26,938 nucleotides of DNA from Rhizaria sp. SCN 62-66 (Eukaryota). The translations under genes were made by a program, and so were the position numbers. This document shows positions 21,701-26,938 of the stretch, piece by piece. The notes under the pieces are model-generated. The model had not been told where the DNA came from. It was given only the letters and a program-made list of their open reading frames with translations, and did not search any database. The stretch's first letter is position 1, and each line of letters starts with the position of its first letter. The stretch lies in the NCBI GenBank assembly GCA_001724265.1, contig MEDY01000052.1, positions 124,001-150,938 of the forward strand, written 5' to 3'.

Positions 21701-24700
21701 CGGTCGTCGCCCTGCACGATCGACGCCACGCACCACCCGCGCGCGCCGCCCAGTGTGAGCCCACGCACGCGCGCCGAGCGCCGCTGCTTCTCCGCGCGCG
21801 CCTCGTCGCGGGCCGCGCGCCGCGCGCGCTGGCGCTCGCGGGACGCCACGGTGTCGTCATCGTCGTCGTCGTCGTCGAGCGCGTTGAAGGCGTCGTCCTC
21901 GGAGTCCGAGTCGCTCTCGCCGCCGTCGCTGCCGCGGAGCGCGTCGGGATCAGACAGCTCCGTGTCGTCGTCCGCAGAGTTCGAGCCTGCCGCGGCGGCG
22001 GTGCCGGGCGCGGCCCTGGGCTCCTCCTTCTTGGTGAGCTCGGCGTTGGCGCGGGCGGCGCGGCGCGCGGCCACGCGGGCGGCGCGCGCGGCGCGGCGCG
22101 TGGACGCCGCGGCGTCGAGGGGCTCTGTGAGCAGCATAGGCAGCAGCGCCTCGGTGGCGATGCGCGCCGACAGCAGCCGGTCAGCCGAGAGACGCACTTC
22201 GTCGAGCAGCAGGCGGCGCACGCTGGGCAGCAGGAACGTCATCACGGCCTCCTGCATCACCAGCGCGCGCGCGCGGGCCAGCCACGCGCCCTCGTTCTCC
22301 GCCTCGGCCTCCCCGTCAGCGCCGGCAGAGGCGCTCGCAGCCGCAGCCGCAGCCGCGAGCATGGCGCCCGCGCGCAGCCCGAGGCCGACGACGGGCTCGG
22401 CCGCGAGGTGCGGGCGCGCGTGCGCGCCGCCCTCGGCCAGCGCGCTGCACACGCCAGCCAGCTCGTGATCCGCGGCCGGCACCAGCTCAAAGGCCCAGTG
22501 CGGGCGGAACGTCCCCGCCTGCGGCAGCGCGGCCAGCGTCTCGGCGTCGAGGTGCGCGTGCATGGCGGCGTACTCGTCCGCCGACATGGGCGTCTGTCGC
22601 TGCGGCGTGTGGTGCAGCACGATCGACACGTACTTAGCCTGCGCGGCGGCGAAAATCTTGGGCAGCAGCTCCGGCGCGGCGGCCAGGTGCGACAGCGGCA
22701 TCGACGCCACGCGGCGCGCCACAAACAGCCGGTGGTTCCACTCCAGCTCGGCCACGCCCTTGGGCAGCGGGATTGTGGAGAGACGCATCTGCGGCGTGAG
22801 CGACTCGGACAGCGAGGTCCGCAGCACAGGGTCCTGCCCCACGCGCGAAGCCGCGCGGCGCCGCGCCGTCAGCAGCACGTCCTCGGGCGACGCGAAGCGC
22901 GGCCCCACGAGTGACTGCGCCAGCACGGCCACGGGCGGCAGCGGCGCCGCGGGCGGCGCGCCCGCGGCGTACGGGTTCTGTTCGCTGCGCTCGAGGTAGC
23001 GGCCCAGCGCGGCTGTGTAGTCGGCCCACGCCGCGGCGAAGGCGTCGGCGTCGGCGCAGGGCACTGCGGCCGCGGTGGTAACGACGCGCTGGCGCACATT
23101 GGAGCGCAGCGCCGCGGTGCTGAGGCCGAGCAGCACGTCGGCGATAATGTCGATCGCGGCATCAACGTGCGCGGTCGACGCGCTCGCCGCCAGCAGCTCG
23201 GGCCGCGCGTACGCGAACACGTGCTCGCCCGCAGACGACGAGACCGCAGAGGGCTCGAGCGTGGCGGACGACGGAGCCAGGGACGCGGCGGCGTCGGCGC
23301 TGCCCGCACTGGCCTCCGACTTGACGCTCTCGGGCTTGACCGCAGGGGCGCGGCGCGGCACGTCGCCCTCGCCCACGAGCTCCTCGTCGTCTGCAGCGGC
23401 GGCGTCGTCGCCGGCCAGGTCGACGGCCTCGAGGGCGCCGGCCTCGGTCTTGACCGCGGCGGCGGCGGCCGGCTTGGCGACGGACTCGTCGATGTCGTAG
23501 CCGAGCTCGGCCTTGACCTCGGTCTTAACGCCGTCCGCGGCCGCCTGCGCGGCGACGAGCGCGGCCATGCCGTGGAACGCAGTCAGCCGCAGGAGGCGGC
23601 GCTTCTCCGACGCCGCGATGAAGCGGCGCGACTCACGCAGCTCCAGCTCCGTGGCCGCGCGCGTCACCGCGCGCCACAGCTCGGCGTCGTGGCCCAGCGA
23701 GAAGTCGCCCGCCACCAGCGCGCCGGCCGCGCGCCCGGCGGCAACGGCGCGGCGCATCAGCGCCCACTCTGAGGCCGTGTACCCGCGGCCCGCAAGCGCC
23801 ACCACGGGCGCGCGCGCGGCCGCCGCGGCGACGGCGGCGACGCTGTCGGCGGCCTCGACGTCCGAATCGGCGTCCGCGCCAGCAGACGCGGCAGTGGCAC
23901 TGGACGTGAGAGGGGCTGCGGCTGCGGCGGCGGGCAGGGCGTCGAGCACGCGGGGCAGCGGGACGAAGTACGGGTCGATGGGGAGCCCCGAGAGCGAGGC
24001 CGGCGGCGCGGGCAGCGGCGCGCGCGCGGCGGCCTAGCGGCTCTCGACGAGTTCCTTCAGCGTGGTTGCGCGCGTGAGCATGAGCGCGTGCCAGCGCTCG
24101 TCGGCCTCGTCGAGCGTCCACACGTCGGCGTCCGACAGCGAGGCCGCGGGGAGCCCCGGGAAGCAGAGCTCGTCGCGCTTGTACGCCACCACATACCCTG
24201 GGTCGAGCCGGTCGCGGTGCAGCAGCCCCAGCAGCCAGGCCACGGCCGCGCGCGTGAGCTCGGAGCGCGGGGCCGCGGCGACGCCCGGCTTTGCGGCGGC
24301 CGTGACGCCCACGCCCAGCGCGGCCGCCGCGGACCCCACCGAGGGCTGCAGCGCCGTGTCCCAGAGCCACTGCGCCTCGGCCTCGAGCGAGAGCTCGCGC
24401 ACCACAGGGTCCATGCGCTGCGCCAGCTCCTGCCCGGCCGGGTCCGCCGCCAGCGCGCGCGCCAGCACGCGCTGCGCAAAGCCCGCGGCATCGGCGGCGG
24501 CGTGCCGGTGGTGCTGCAGCAGCGCCACCTCGCCCGCGCCCGCCGCAGTCGCCACGGCTTCGCGCGCGGCGGACATGTACACGTCCGTCTTGGCGCTGCT
24601 CACGCCCGCGGCCACGCTGGCCGCCTCAGCGGGCGACAGCAGCGCGGGCACGGTCGGCACCGTGTCCACCAGCAGCGGCGCGGGCTGCGGCACGGCGCGC

Positions 24701-26047
24701 GAGAGGTCGAAGCGCTCGGGGTCAGTGCCGCGCGCCTCGGCGTCCTCGGCTGCGAGCTTGTCCAGCACGCCGGGCGCCAGCGCAAAGCCCAGCTCGAAGG
24801 AGCGCGCGTCGATGCCCAGCGCGGCCGCCACGCTCGCGCGCAGCGCCACGCGCGCCTGCAGCCGCTCGGGCACGTCGTGCTCCACCACTGCGCGCGCGGC
24901 CGCCGCAGCCTCCTTGGCGCGCTCGGCGCGCACGCGGGCCGCGCCGCTAAGCACGGGCGCCACGGAGGTCGACGCGGCGGCCGCGGCCGCGGCGGCCGCC
25001 ACGGTGTCAGCGTCGGCCGAGGCGGCGGCCGCAGCGAGCGACTCCTCCTGGCGGCCGAAGAGGCCCTCGACGTCGCCGCCGAACATGGCCGACAGGCGCT
25101 GCTGGTCCGCGAAGGAGAAGCGCGAGAAGGTTGAGGCGCCCGTGACGCGGCGTTGCCCGTCCTCGGCGGCGTCGTCGTCCTCGTAGCCGTCCTCGTCGTC
25201 GTACTCGCCGTCGCCGTCCTCGTCATCGTCGCCGGCACCCGCGCGGCGCACGCGCACGCCGTCGGCATCGTAGGCGTCCTCGTCGTCGCCGTCGCCAGCG
25301 CCGCGCGTGGCATTGGCGAACTTCTTGTTCTTGGGCTTGAGCTTGGCTTCGTCGTCGAGGCCGTCAAAGATGGCGCCGGCGCCGAGGCGCGAAGCCAGCG
25401 GCGAGCCCAGATCGGCCTCTTCCTCGTCGTCGTCGTCGCCGCCCAACACGCGCGACGACGCCGTCTTGGAGCGCTTCGTGGGCGCCGCGGCGGCCGCAGC
25501 GGAAGTATCAAAGCGCATCATGTCCTCCTCTTCGTCGTAGTTGACGTCGAACATCTGCTTGCGCAGGTCCTCCTTGCGCTGCTTCTCGGCCTGACGCTCG
25601 GCCGCGAGCAGCCGCTCCTCAAGGGAAATGTGATCTTCATTTACAAGTGTACGCTTGCGGACAACCACCGTCTCGTCCTAGAGACAGGGGGTATAGAAGA
25701 AATACAGAAATTAATGACGGTGCGGAAGAAGGCAACGACGGAGAAGGAAGCGCGAAGAAGAAGAGCGGGGAGGGTATGGCAACGGTTAGAGAAAGCAAAA
25801 TCAGGCTCACCAAACAAGCAAATAACACACAATCAGAGGAGACTGAAGGGTAATGATACACTGCGATAGAAGAAATGTGATGTTTTACTGCAAAATTGAA
25901 GCTCGAAGCGTTATACGCCCCATATCTGGGGGCGTGGGAAGCTGATTGAAGCACAGGCGGGGTGGCAGCGAAGGGTTATGGTGGGTGTTCAAACAATCAA
26001 CATACCTCATCATCGGCGGGTCGGTTGGTGTCCTGCGTCGACGACAT
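18355..26047 (-). CDS. SPT6: Transcription elongation factor/histone chaperone Spt6; join(26047..26006,25677..18355), 2454 aa if the in-frame TAG at 24036-24034 (codon 562) is decoded
   Basis: Acidic N-terminus; HDVPERLQAR, EAEAQWLW, YVVAYKRDEL and DERWHAL before the TAG. After it: FASPEDVLLTAR, YqgF-like region, GVDVN, LQFVPGLGPQKA (HhH), LDRTRVPPEHY, S1 domain (GFVPITSVS) and tandem SH2 (HDTFKNM...VVLRPS...EYEDLDEVISRFVEP). First exon MSSTQDTNRPADDE|GTATGT; stop TAA 18357-18355. Confidence 0.93.
18497..18840 (-). repeat. Met/Gly/Pro-rich repeats (MPGMGG, MGG) in the Spt6 C-terminal tail, flanked by short polyQ runs
   Basis: Tandem gccgcccat and gccgggcat units on + (9- and 18-nt periodicity). 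Confidence 0.9.
25678..26005 (-). other. Spliceosomal intron of SPT6 (328 nt, GT-AG)
   Basis: GAG|GTATGT ... TTTCTTCTATACCCCCTGTCTCTAG|GAC; pyrimidine-rich; phase 0. Confidence 0.85.
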
Positions 26048-26938
26048 AACAGTCGCCGGTCTGTAAAATAATGATTTCGGAATACAATTTCGAATCAATG
26101 TACTTGTAAGCTCTCTTAATGGAAAACAATGAGTGCGAGGATGTGCGGTCCCGAGTCGGCTCAACAAGGCTTATCTCGGAACGCCACCGTGGGCGCAAGA
26201 ACAACATCACAAGGATCCAGGCAAAAGCCAAAAGTACATTGTGCAATGAAGACGTCGGATTTCATCCTTGCTCGTCTCCAAAGACCTTTTAATGCCTGAA
26301 AATTTGGATGGCGAGTCATCGGTCAGTTGGTGACCGTGAGATTGCTTCACTGCGCCCAACTTTTTCGGTACCGTTGCCTGCGGCGCCGACCGAAAGTGGA
26401 GCTCATCTTTGAGCAGCTATATCTTGATACATGTTCGTCACTATTAATATCTACAAGAGGGATGCGTCGCAATCTGTCTTTTATATCTTTGTTTTGTTTA
26501 TTAAACTGCTTCAATCACACTCGGCATGTGTCAATAGCATCACCGGTGACTTACGCCGGTGGCCTGATAGCTGGAGACACCGGTTGTATGAGTAAATAAG
26601 TCGGTCCTATATTAACGTGACCTTCCATTGAATACATTATTCCTCTAAAATCGCCGTTTACGGAGATGTATCCTGCTGTTGCTGCCGACAACTTCGCTCA
26701 CCGCTGCCGTTGCCGTGGCTGATTGTTGGATAACAATTTCCACTAAAGCTGGCAGTATCAGCTGTCAGTGAAGATAACCCGAGAATAAAGATATCGTATT
26801 AGAGAAAATTCACACCAAATCCCGTCATGTGTTGTCTATTGTACATCACTGGCGTAGAGTGAAAGTGTAGTGCCTGATCCGCGTGTCCGCCCCGCACGTG
26901 TTCGTACCGTCAAACAACGCCATGACGGTCTGATCAAA

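Noticed and set aside
24034-24048. 15-nt GT...TAG mini-intron that would remove the SPT6 TAG
   Set aside because: Poor donor (GTCGAG), purine/GC-rich, much shorter than the other introns, and it would delete part of an apparently conserved helix.
25678-25680. Further TAG in frame with SPT6 (similarly 9973-9971 in the coiled-coil gene)
   Set aside because: These follow polypyrimidine tracts and have phase-matched donors, so they are 3' splice sites rather than recoded codons.
2336-25869. Numerous long antisense and alternate-frame ORFs (e.g. 4603..6321, 5759..7468, 14589..15890, 20575..22914)
   Set aside because: Shadow ORFs caused by high GC and repetitive Ala/Glu codons of the real genes; no recognisable domains.
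14670-26047. Kinase and SPT6 as pseudogenes with nonsense mutations
   Set aside because: No frameshifts or internal TAA/TGA over about 3,400 codons, motifs are intact on both sides of each TAG, and SPT6 is normally essential.

Overview
Eukaryotic (protist-like) nuclear DNA with very GC-rich, Ala-rich coding regions and AT-rich introns and intergenic spacers. In order, the window holds: the 3' end of a polyQ/His/RGG low-complexity gene (+); a spliced giant coiled-coil gene with a beta-propeller-like N-terminus (-, about 13810..2329, probably with short and long isoforms); a divergently transcribed SNF1/AMPK-related (CAMKL) kinase fused to two ankyrin-repeat modules (+, 14670..17627); and SPT6 (-, 26047..18355). 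The main signal is that the kinase-ankyrin gene and the essential SPT6 gene are each interrupted by one in-frame TAG (16191-16193 on +; 24036-24034 on -), and the same frame and the same protein continue after it. All five inferred gene ends use TAA or TGA. This points to UAG being decoded as an amino acid (tentatively Gln) while UAA/UGA remain stops. Context-dependent readthrough, RNA editing or a base-call error cannot be excluded from sequence alone. The organism cannot be identified from this window.
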